This document shows, in pieces, positions 9,682 through 18,936 of a stretch of 22,276 nucleotides of DNA. The notes below the pieces were generated by a model. It was given only the letters and a program-made list of their open reading frames with translations. It was not told the origin of the DNA and did no database searches. A program made the position numbers and the translations under genes. Location of the stretch: NCBI RefSeq assembly GCF_006345805.1, contig NW_021836756.1, positions 1-22,276 on the forward strand, given 5' to 3'. Origin of the DNA: Octopus sinensis. Lineage: Eukaryota. The first letter of the stretch is position 1, and the number at the start of each line of letters is the position of its first letter.

Positions 9682-9786
9682 TACACAGAAAAGAAACAAG
9701 GAGAGAAAAAAATGCGTGTAGGAGCTAACGGTCTATCATGAATGATTTCAGTCTTTAGGTTGTGGTCATACTGCTTTCGCTCATAA

Positions 9787-10012
9787 TAATAATAATAATA
9801 ATAATTGTGTACAGTGCTCAGGTGCACCACAACTCATCTAAAGTGTATATATAATCAGGTGTAGTTTCGGCGGATTTCGGAAAGCATGAGGGCCTTAAAG
9901 GATGCAGTGTCATGGCAGTCAACAACTGACACAGGCAGTTTATTCCATGCTTCAGCAACTCTGAGCGTGGAAAAATGTTTCCGAAAGTCATGGGAGCTGT
10001 GTTGTTTTCTGA
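9787..10012 (-). mobile_element. CR1/L2-clade LINE 3' end (ORF2 C-terminus, 3' UTR, (ATT)n tail), 5' truncated
   Basis: Minus strand 10010-9855 is stop-free: RKQHSSHDFRKHFSTLRVAEAWNKLPVSVVDCHDTASFKALMLSEIRRNYT*. It carries the R..FF..RV...WN.LP..VV......FK signature of CR1/L2 ORF2 ends, followed by ~50 bp of UTR and an (ATT)n tail. Confidence 0.85.
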
Positions 10013-10106
10013 CTCATAAACACACACATCGCCCGGTCTGAGATTCGAACCTGCGATCCCTCGACCGTGAGTCCGCTGCTCTAACCACTAGGCCATGTGC
10101 CTCCAC
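10013..10106 (-). mobile_element. tRNA-derived SINE family D head
   Basis: Minus strand 'gtggaggcacatggcctagtggttagagcagcggactcacggtcgagggatcgcaggttcgaatctcagacc' has A box TGGCCTAGTGG and B box GGTTCGAATCT. It is homologous to the 5' part of 14754-14475. Confidence 0.85.
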
Positions 10107-10395
10107 AGTTAAGCTGATCTAATGTTAACAAGTAATTATAGTGTTTAGACAGTAACTAAATGATTCTGGTCGTCCAACAAATAACTGAAGATCACTTTTT
10201 CCTTTACTATTTATAGTTTGTGGACAACAGAGACAGCAGGCAAGTGTTCAATGAGACATTCCGTCATTCTTTTATTTTTATATTCTTTTATGCTTTTATT
10301 CTGTTGCATACCAACTTTTGTGAACTTTACCAAATGATTTTTTGTTGTTTTTTTTTTGGGGGGGTTTCTTTTGCCAATGCAGACCACCTAACATC

Positions 10396-10540
10396 AACTA
10401 CAACCACCGTCACCACCACCACCACCACCACCACCACTGCTTCCGCTGCCATTGCCTCCATCACTGCTGACACCACCACCACACCCACCATCACCAAAAC
10501 CACCACCACCACCACCACCACCACCACCACCACCGTCATC
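10396..10540. repeat. (CAC)n trinucleotide tract
   Basis: Direct inspection; source of the poly-Thr and poly-Val ORFs. Confidence 0.9.
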
Positions 10541-11032
10541 ACTTGGTCCATGACCCAACATGGGAGACTGTTTGTGGTTGTTTAACCTGCTAGAAGCAGC
10601 AGTTAAATCTCACTCAAATCATATTTTGCTATCTTACAAGAAGATGCAAAAAAAGACATTTTGATAATGGGTTCTGTTCAATCGGAGATGGCCAAGTGCT
10701 AAAAACAACAACAACAACAGCATCCTGGTCTTCACGTTCCTTTAACAGAGTTCTTTCTATTCCTTGCAAGCATTCAGACCTTTTTTTTTTTTACCAGCAG
10801 ATGCTAACGTTAGGCTTTGGTAACATCTATTTCACAGAACTGGGATGGTGGTGGTGGTGGTGGTGGGGTGGGGAATCAGTAAAGGCTGTGAGTACTGTTT
10901 CTTCTCCTTTGACTAATTCTTCATCATCATCATCATCACCACCACCATCATCATCATCATTGTCGTCGTCATCATCACCACCATCATCGGTATCATCAGT
11001 ATTATCATCATCATGAGCACCTTTATAATCCA

Positions 11033-11234
11033 GCGAGCTGGCAGAAACGTTAGCACGCCGGGCGAAATGCTTAGCGGTATTTCATCTGCCGTTACGTTCT
11101 GAGTTCAAATTCTGCCGAGGTCGATAAATTAAATACCAGTTATGCACTGGAGTCGATATAATCGACTTAATCCGTGTGTCTGTCCTTGTTTGTCCCCTCT
11201 GTGTTTAGCCCCATGTGGGTAGTAAAGAAATAGG
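11033..11234 (+). mobile_element. SINE family B with an internal deletion
   Basis: Matches 6443-6676 but jumps from 'gaggtcga' directly to 'taaattaa', a deletion between two GGTCGA motifs. Confidence 0.85.
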
Positions 11235-11562
11235 TAACTTCCAAAGACAAACACAGTGCACTTTTTGCTTTGCGAAATCATCGATCAGTTTAGAGCAATC
11301 AAGTCGAGAGCTAAGTTCATGTTCAACAGATCTCATAGACAATCCACAAAGTCTGGAGTCGATATAATCGACTTAATCCGTGTGTCTGTCCTTGTGTGTC
11401 CCCTCTGTGTTTAGCCCCATGTGGGTAGTAAAGAAATAGGTAACTTCCAAAGACAAACACAGTGCACTTTTTGCTTTGCGAAATCATCGATCAGTTTAGA
11501 GCAATCAAGTCGAGAGCTAAGTTCATGTTCAACAGATCTCATAGACAATCCACAAAGTCTGG
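11147..11562. repeat. 206-bp tandem duplication (SINE B 3' half plus hAT remnant)
   Basis: 11147-11352 and 11353-11558 are near-identical (one mismatch seen), with CTGG at all three boundaries. Confidence 0.95.
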
Positions 11563-11608
11563 TGCATATTCGTCTGGTACAATGTAATATTTTTACAAGA
11601 ATTTTTGC
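11462..11608 (-). pseudogene. hAT transposase C-terminal (dimerisation domain end) remnant
   Basis: Minus strand reads AKILVKILHCTRRICTRLCGLSMRSVEHELSSRLDCSKLIDDFAKQKVH, matching the RL.GLA..SIE.E....LD...LIDDFA..K terminus of hAT/ZMYM1-like transposases. Partly duplicated at about 11256-11352. Confidence 0.7.
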
Positions 11609-11699
11609 AGATACAATGTATTACCATTTTATTTATTGACATTTTCAGTTAACATAGTTTAACATTTGTTCAACATCTCAAAATCAAAATCAAATTCTA

Positions 11700-12236
11700 T
11701 GACTGGCGTCCGTGCTAGCGGAGTGCAAAGAGCACCATACGAGTGTGATCATTGACAGAGCGGCTAACCAGCTTTCGTGCCAGTGGCACTTAAAAGGCAC
11801 CATTCGAGCGTGATCGTTACCAGCGTCGCCTTACTGGCACTCGAGCACCATGCTAGTAGGCTATTAAGAGCACCATCCAAGCGTGATTGTTGCCAGAGCG
11901 GCTATCTGGCCACTGTGCCGGTGGCACGTAAAAGACACCATTCGAGCGTGATCATTACCAGCATCGCCTTACTGGCAGCTGTGCCGGTGGATTGTGTAAA
12001 AGATTCGAGCGAGGTCGTTGCCAGTACCACCTGACTGACCCCATGCCAGTGGCATGTAAAAGCACCCACTCCACTCTCGGAGTGGTTGGCGTTAGGAAGG
12101 GCATCCAGCTGTAGAAACTCTGTCAGATCAAGACTGAAGCCTGGTGCAGCCATCTGGTTCGCCAGCCCTCAGTCAAACTGTCCAACCCATGCTAGCATGG
12201 AAAGCGGACGTTAAACGATGATGATGATGATGATGA
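11700..12236 (+). mobile_element. SINE-like family C, longest copy, with 5' array of ~65-bp units and (GAT)n tail
   Basis: Units start 'gcacca' at 11732, 11797 and 11870, and 'acacca' at 11935. Core 'gagtggttggcgttaggaagggcatccagctgtagaaac', palindrome CCATGCTAGCATGG at 12187-12200, tail 'gttaaacgatgatgatg'. Confidence 0.85.
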
Positions 12237-12284
12237 TCTTAACCAAAATAGATAGATGACTCATCTATGTACTTTGATCTTAAC

Positions 12285-12396
12285 ATGGGGCCCCTTCAAC
12301 CATCGTGGCCCCTTGTGACCGCAGGGGTTGCAGGTGCTTAGCGACAGCAACCCTGGGTCCAAAGGGAAAAAATGGTTGAGAAACACTGCTTTAGAT
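12285..12396 (+). mobile_element. Possible right end of a hAT-Charlie-type MITE
   Basis: 'ggttgagaaacactg' (12374-12388) is the reverse complement of a CAGTGTTTCTCAACC-type Charlie TIR and is followed by 'ctttagat', resembling the NTCTAGAN target. No left end was found. Confidence 0.4.
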
Positions 12397-12468
12397 GAAG
12401 CTTTCCACCATAAGCCCTTGATACACTTTTGCCTTGTTCTGCAGATTGTCACTGTGTTAAGATAGACA

Positions 12469-12677
12469 TCGTCTGGCACCTGTGCAGGTGGTACATAAAA
12501 GCACCCACTACACTCGCGGAGTGGTTGGCGTTAGGAAGGGCATCCAGCTGTAGAAACATTGCCAGATCAGACTGGGCCTGGCGCAGCCTTCTGGCTCCCT
12601 AGACCCCAGTTGAACTGTCCAACCCATGCCAGCATGAAAAACGGACGTTAAACGATGATGATGATGATGATGATGAT
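12469..12677 (+). mobile_element. SINE-like family C, 5' truncated
   Basis: Same core and (GAT)n tail as 11700-12236. Confidence 0.85.
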
Positions 12678-12892
12678 TCTGAGAAAAACTCTGGGAATTG
12701 TAATTTTATTGCTAATTTATAGCCATTAATATTCATGTGAAATTCAGTGAAACCATTGTTTTCTTCCTGTCTTCATCTTTATTTTATCTGTTTATCTTTC
12801 TCCTTCTCTTTCCTTGTTTAATCAATCTTTCCCTCACCTTTCTGTTCCCCCACTCTCTCTCTCTCTATCTTTTTCTGTCTGTCTGTCTGTCT

Positions 12893-12930
<38 letters not shown>

Positions 12931-13017
12931 TTTCTCTCCCTGTCTCACTGCCTCACTTTCTCTGAATAAAATACTGATTTTAAGCGAAAGGTAAATCTTC
13001 TTTCTTTCTCTTTGTCT

Positions 13018-13180
13018 TTCACTTGTTTCAGTCATTAGACCGCAGCCATGCTGGAGCACTGCCTTGAAGGGACTTTTGTCAAACAAATGAACTCAAGTAC
13101 TTAACTTTAAAGTCTGGTACTTATTCTATCAATCTCTTTTTGCCAAACCACTACATCATAGGGATGTAAACAAACCAACA
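13018..13180 (-). mobile_element. Diverged family A-related 3' half
   Basis: 'cacttgtttcagtcattagaccgcagccatgctggagcactgcc...gtacttattctatcaatctcttttgccaaacc' aligns by eye to 2107-2230. Confidence 0.7.
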
Positions 13181-13417
13181 CCACTAAATGTTATTTCTTA
13201 TTTGCTTCTTTCTAGAAATCAAAGGAAATGACTGCCATTCCCTTCACACTTTGCTTTTGTCACCTGGACATCAAGGTTTTCAAACTGACCTATTTTGCCA
13301 TTACACTTCAGACAGATTCAGTGCTGAGTTGCTGAAGCAGAAATATCATTATAGAAAATATTCTGCTCAGTACTTCAGATTTGCTTGTCAGTTGCTTGAC
13401 CTTAACCATTTGAGCAT

Positions 13418-13457
13418 GTCCCACGTGCTAACAATTCAGCCAGCTCACTGCCTTAGT
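13418..13457 (-). mobile_element. SINE family B head fragment
   Basis: Reverse complement is 'taaggcagtgagctggctgaattgttagcacgtgggac'; compare 6443-6480. Confidence 0.65.
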
Positions 13458-13592
13458 AATAATAACAATAACAACAACAACAACAGCAACAACCAACAAC
13501 AACACAACTAGGCAAAAAAAAAGCCTTTGGCACTTATTCTCAAGGTAATCACTATTAGGTTAAATATTCTAATGGAATTCTCCTACCCCACT

Positions 13593-13829
13593 TCTTCTTC
13601 CTCCATCTCCTCCTCCTCCTCCCCATCATCATTACCACCACACCACCACCAGCACCACCAGCACCACCAGCACCAGCACCACCACCATCATCATCATCAT
13701 CATCATCATTACCACCACCACCACCACCACCACCACCACCACCACCACCACCACCACCATCATCATCACTACCATCACCATCGTCATTATTGTAATCATC
13801 ATCACTACCATCACCATCGTCATCACTAT
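13593..13829. repeat. Compound (CCT)/(CAC)/(CAT) trinucleotide tract
   Basis: Direct inspection; source of the poly-His, poly-Gly and poly-Asp ORFs. Confidence 0.95.
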
Positions 13830-14474
13830 CGCCAATTTTCATTTTCCAAGCTCTATCTCCATCTTTACCTTGGCAATCAGAGTTCGGCTCTGGCCATTGT
13901 CTTTGTAATGATATTGGACTTTATGAAAAGCTAAATAATTGTGCCATTGGCCCACTGCCAGCTACATTTTTGGCAACTATATTTTTCATAAGACTAAAAG
14001 ACCCACCCCCAATCCTTTCGTCAATAGAAGACACTACATGGCTTAGTGTTCAGGCTTCTCTCTCCGTATATATTTCATCCTCTTGTCCTTCCATACTTTT
14101 TGTTGTTTTTGTTGTTGTTATGGCTGTTGGTCCTACTGTCACTGTTTGTTGGTGTTGGTGGTAGTGGTAGTGGTGGTAGTGAGGTTGATGTTGTTGGTGT
14201 TGTCGTTGTTGATCGCTTGTTACAGTTCTCTAATTATAAGTTCTCCGAGTCTCGTCTTCGTTTCTATTTTATTTTTAATGAAGAGTGCAAATGCAGATTA
14301 GCATACTGCTATGTATGTGTTTGTATGTGTATGTAGTGTATGTGTATGTAGTGTATGTGTGCATGCACACACACACACGCACACACACATACACACACAC
14401 ACACACATACATATATACATACATATGTATACATGCATTATATATGTTTATATATATATATATATTTCACTTTT

Positions 14475-14754
14475 TCACGTGACCGACCAGACAATCAGAT
14501 GTTGCTACACATCGCTGGTCACAATGCGTTTGCATTGTTTTAGCATTCGAATGACGCCACCCCGCTGGCTAAGCGAGCAGGCAAACAGAAGAAAGAGTGA
14601 GAGAAAGAGTGGTGAAAGAGTACAGCAGGGATCACTACCCCCTCCCGGAGCCTCGTGGAGCTTTTAGGTGTTTTTGCTCAAAAACACACACAACGCCTGG
14701 TCTGGGAATCGAAACCGCGATTCTCCGACCGCGAGTCCGCTGCCCTAACCACTG
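14475..14754 (-). mobile_element. tRNA-derived SINE family D, lacking the first ~15 nt
   Basis: Minus strand 'cagtggttagggcagcggactcgcggtcggagaatcgcggtttcgattcccagaccaggcgttgtgtgtg...' has a tRNA-like head, is CpG-rich relative to its flanks and sits in (TA)n. Confidence 0.8.
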
Positions 14755-14778
14755 TATATATATGTGTATATATATTAA

Positions 14779-14985
14779 ATATATTAAATTAGAGATAAAA
14801 CCACTATTAGGCAAATCAAACAATGAAAAACATCAATCAAAACATAGAAATAAAATCAATTAATATATTATATTATATTAATTAATATTAATTAATTATA
14901 TTAATTAATTTTATTTCTATGTTTTGGTTTATGTTTTTCATTGTTTGATTTGCCTAATAGTGGTTTTATCTTTAATTTAATATAT
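14779..14985. repeat. AT-rich long inverted repeat (89-bp arms, 29-nt pure-AT spacer)
   Basis: 14779-14867 against the reverse complement of 14897-14985 shows 4 mismatches by manual alignment. Confidence 0.95.
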
Positions 14986-15070
14986 ATATTTATACTGTTA
15001 AATTAGATTTAATCCTAAATCTAATTTTTCCCTGTAAGTTTGGATTTACTCCCTAATATTATTATTATAT

Positions 15071-15217
15071 ATCATCATCATCATCATCATCGTTTAGCGT
15101 CCGTTTTCCATGCTAGCATGGGTTGGACGGTTCTACTGGGGTCTGTGAAGCCAGAAGGCTTCATCAGGCCCAGTCAAATCTGGCAGTGTTTCTATGGCTG
15201 GATGCCCTTCCTAACGC
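15071..15217 (-). mobile_element. SINE-like family C, 3' part
   Basis: (ATC)n followed by 'gtttagcgtccgttttccatgctagcatgggttgg...ggatgcccttcctaacgc', the reverse complement of the family C core. Confidence 0.85.
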
Positions 15218-15221
15218 TGTG

Positions 15222-15259
15222 TATATATATATATATATATACATATATATACATACATA

Positions 15260-15345
<86 letters not shown>
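15222..15345. repeat. (TA)n microsatellite
   Basis: Direct inspection. Confidence 0.95.
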
Positions 15346-15346
<1 letters not shown>

Positions 15347-15639
15347 TATATGAACCTACCAGGGGTTCCAGATGGACCTACCTCTCGGCAGGAAACACAG
15401 ATGCGGGCAACGGCGTTGAACTCCCTTGCTGATCACGTGCCACGTATCAGAGGTGGTTTCACATACTCATGTAGCTCATTCAACGGTGGTGCCCCAGCAT
15501 GGCCACATAATAAAATATTAAAAGAATATATTTATTTATTTACTTTCTTTTGCATTGTCTTCGGGCTGAAACATTTTAAAGAATTTTAAGGATTTATATG
15601 TATACACTCGTGTATATAATATATATATATTTATATATA

Positions 15640-15652
15640 CATGCATACACAC

Positions 15653-15691
<39 letters not shown>

Positions 15692-16280
15692 TGTGCATAT
15701 ATATATGCATGTACACAGACAGACATGAATTTGCACATGTGTAGACACATAAACATGGACACACATCTATTATACATGTACATACATACATATGCACATA
15801 CACATACACACACTAACATGCATGCACACACACACATCTAACATACACGCACATACATACAAACATATTCACACACACTCACTCACACACATACACACAC
15901 GTGCACTCACATGTAGTCATCTCTGTACTGTTAATCACCAATCGCTCTCTTCAGTGTGTGTGTGTGTGTGTGTTAGTATGTTTGTGTGTGTGTGTTTGTG
16001 TGTGTGCGTGTTTGTGTGTTTGTGTATGTGCTTGTGTCTGTGTGTATGTGTGTGTGTGTGCTTGTGTGTGTGTGTGTTTGTGTGTGTGTGCATGTGTGCG
16101 TGTGTGTGTGTGTTTGTGTGTTAGTATGTTTGTGTGTGTGTGTGCTTGTGTGTGTGTGTGTGTTTGTGTGTGTGTGCTTGTGTGTGTGCGTGTTTGTGTG
16201 TGTGTGCATGTGTGTGTGTGTGTTTGTGTGTGTCTGTGTATGTGTGTGTGTGTGTGGTGTGTCTGTGTGTCTGTGTCTGT
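15640..16280. repeat. (CA)n-rich tract followed by (TG)n-rich tract
   Basis: CA-rich at about 15640-15900, TG-rich at about 15954-16280. Confidence 0.9.
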
Positions 16281-16526
16281 GTAAGCATGTATAGGCTTCT
16301 TTCAGTTTCTGTCATCCAAAACCACTCACAAGGTAATTTCTACCCCAAATCATATTCATTCCTTGAAAGGAAATACTAGACATTCCAAGTTAATTGTTTG
16401 CCCAAAACAGAAGCAAACAAACAGACAATATTAACATTTCTCTCTCATATTTGTATTTTTACTATTATTATCATAATTATTGTACATATTCTTCAATATA
16501 TACATATATATATATACATACATATT

Positions 16527-16838
16527 ACGTAAAAAGCACTATCCGACTCGTGGCCGATGCGAGCGCCGCCTCGACTGGCTTCCATGCCGGTGGCACGTAA
16601 AATACACCAATCCGACCATGGCCGTTGCCAGCCTCGCCTGGCACCTGTGCAGGTGGCACGTAAAAAGCATCCACTACACTCACGGAGTGGTTGGCGTTAG
16701 GAAAGGCATCCAGCTGTAGAAACATTGCCAGATAAGACTGGAGCCTGGTGCAGCCTTCTGGCTTCCCAGATCCCCGGTCGAACCGTCCAACCTATGCTAG
16801 CGTGGAGAACGGACGTTAAACGATGATGATGATGATGA

Positions 16839-16839
<1 letters not shown>
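16527..16839 (+). mobile_element. SINE-like family C with two 5' units
   Basis: 'acgtaaaaagcac...tgccggtggcacgtaaaatacacc...tgtgcaggtggcacgtaaaaagcatccactacactc' then the core and (GAT)n tail. Confidence 0.85.
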
Positions 16840-17164
<325 letters not shown>

Positions 17165-17256
17165 CCGTAGTAAACACATAAATGTGAAACAAGGTGGAAA
17201 AAGAGTACTCAAATACCAGTGATAGAGTAATATGGTAGAGTAATAATAATATAATA

Positions 17257-17291
<35 letters not shown>

Positions 17292-17910
17292 GTAACAACG
17301 ACAACAACAATAATAATAATAATAACTATATATATATATTCGGTCTACTGATTCCATTGATAATTTTTGATTTCTTCTGCTTAAATACATAATTTCATCT
17401 CTTCAGACAACCCATTTCAGTTCTGTTACCGCTCTACTGCTCTTTCCTTTCCTTTTCCTTTCACAAAGACAGGCCTCTTCTAACAGCAATTTTCATTTCT
17501 TCTCTATTTCAATTGCCCATTATCTTTCGCTAATGTCGTAACTACTTAATATAAATAATATTTGCTTTCAGTTCCATTAATATTTCATTGAATTTTCAAA
17601 ACAAAACCCTACAAAATATAATGATTTCCTTTTCAAGTTCCTGTCTTTGATTTAAAAAAAAACTTTTTTCACAAAAAGGAAAACAGAAAATCAGACCCTT
17701 CTAGCAATTTCCACTTTTTGTAATGTCGATTCACCACTCCACTTCACTCATGGCAATACTAATTAAAAACTGATTTTTTTTTCCAGTTCTGTTTAGTTTT
17801 CCCCCAGTTTTTCAAACACAACCTTATAAATATACACACCTTTTAAAGTTCTTTCATTTTATTTCTATGACATTCCATAAATATTTGTTGCTTCAATTCT
17901 TTGATATCTA

Positions 17911-18476
17911 CACTACCGTCAGAAATTAATTAGCACCCTTGATTTGCTCACCATGAAGCATGGTGGGGGTGGTCTGATGGTGTGAGGGGCGTTCAGCTAC
18001 AGTTGTGTTGGGCGGCTCTATGCCGTCGAAGGCAACATCAACGCAGCAAAGTACGTTGAGATAGTACGGGATACCTCTTGGTGGCGAGGAGTACGTGCTG
18101 GCCAGTCACCTGACCTGAACCCTATTGAGAACTCTGGAGTCGATTGGGTAGGGATTTGAATGTGCAGCAATACAGGAACCGACACGAGCTGTTTGGGGCA
18201 CTTCTTGCTGCATGAGGGGCCATCCCTGCACAGTACCTGCAGGCACTCATAGACAGCATGCCGACCCGCGTAGCAGCTGTCATTGCTGCCAAAGGAGGAG
18301 CAACAAGATATTGACTAAATTTCACGATTAATAACAATTATGTGGTGTGCTGGGATATGTTTTAATAAATTTTTTTATTAAAAACGAGTTTGTTTCTGAT
18401 AATAAGTTAATTAAATTAAGAAAATGTAAGAAAATGTAGAAATTTGAGAAGTGCTAATTAATTTCCGACGCAAGTG
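17911..18476 (+). mobile_element. Internally deleted Tc1-family DNA transposon (566 bp) with both TIRs and TA target duplication
   Basis: Left TIR cactaccgtcagaaattaattagcac (17911-17936) and right TIR (18451-18476) match at 23/26. TA lies at 17909-10 and 18477-78. Confidence 0.92.
17950..18314 (+). pseudogene. Tc1 transposase C-terminal remnant
   Basis: TMKHGGGGLMV*GAF...INAAKYVEI...GQSPDLNPIEN(frameshift)W...LIDSMPTRVAAVIAAKGGATRY*. These are the Tc1 KHGGG..MVWG, SPDLNPIE and SM..R...VI.AKGG.T.Y motifs; two stops, one frameshift, and the segment around the second catalytic Asp is deleted. Confidence 0.92.
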
Positions 18477-18853
18477 TACACACCTTTCCAAGTTTTTCTA
18501 TTTTATTTCTATGACATTCCATAAATATTTGTTGCTTCAATTCTTTGATATCTATATGAAGTTCAACTATACTTTCTTTCCTTCTTTGCTTCTTTCTTTC
18601 ATTCTCTTTTTTTCTTCTTACCTGCCTTCCTTCTTTTCTTTCTTTGTTCTTTCATTCTTTCTTCCTTCTTTCTTCTCTTCTCTTCTCTTTCTTTTTTCCC
18701 TTCTTTCACACTCACAATTCATTCGTCCTATTATCTCTCAATGACTGGTTTCATTACTTGGTTGATCCCAGGCACAGAATACAACAAATATGATATAATC
18801 ACCGCATAAAAATATGGTGGTAGGGATCGTTCCAAATAACCTCATACATAACA

Positions 18854-18854
<1 letters not shown>

Positions 18855-18935
<81 letters not shown>
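18855..18935. repeat. (TCTA)n microsatellite
   Basis: Direct inspection. Confidence 0.95.

Positions 18936-18936
<1 letters not shown>

Noticed and set aside
10021-10106. True tRNA gene
   Set aside because: A and B boxes are present but I could not fold a convincing acceptor stem, there is no T-run terminator directly after it, and it continues into SINE body sequence shared with 14475-14754. tRNAscan-SE would settle it.
10575-10700. Possible old interspersed-repeat fragment
   Set aside because: No second copy or diagnostic ends in the window.
1165-11608. The two hAT remnants as parts of one large element
   Set aside because: On the minus strand the C-terminal piece (11608-11462) lies upstream of the central piece (1770-1165), which is the wrong order for one gene.
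13188-13511. 107-aa plus-strand ORF with a strong acceptor at 13215
   Set aside because: Its 3' part is the antisense of a SINE B head plus a microsatellite, the only nearby donor (AAG|gttttc at 13275) is weak, and no domain is recognisable.
13850-14164. Stop-free frame of about 105 codons after an AG acceptor
   Set aside because: No donor, no recognisable motif, and the end is low-complexity (GTT/GGT)n.
17165-17238. Short complex segment after (TA)n that may be a fragment of another interspersed repeat
   Set aside because: It is single-copy in the window and contains no ribozyme core or termini, so it cannot be supported without a search.
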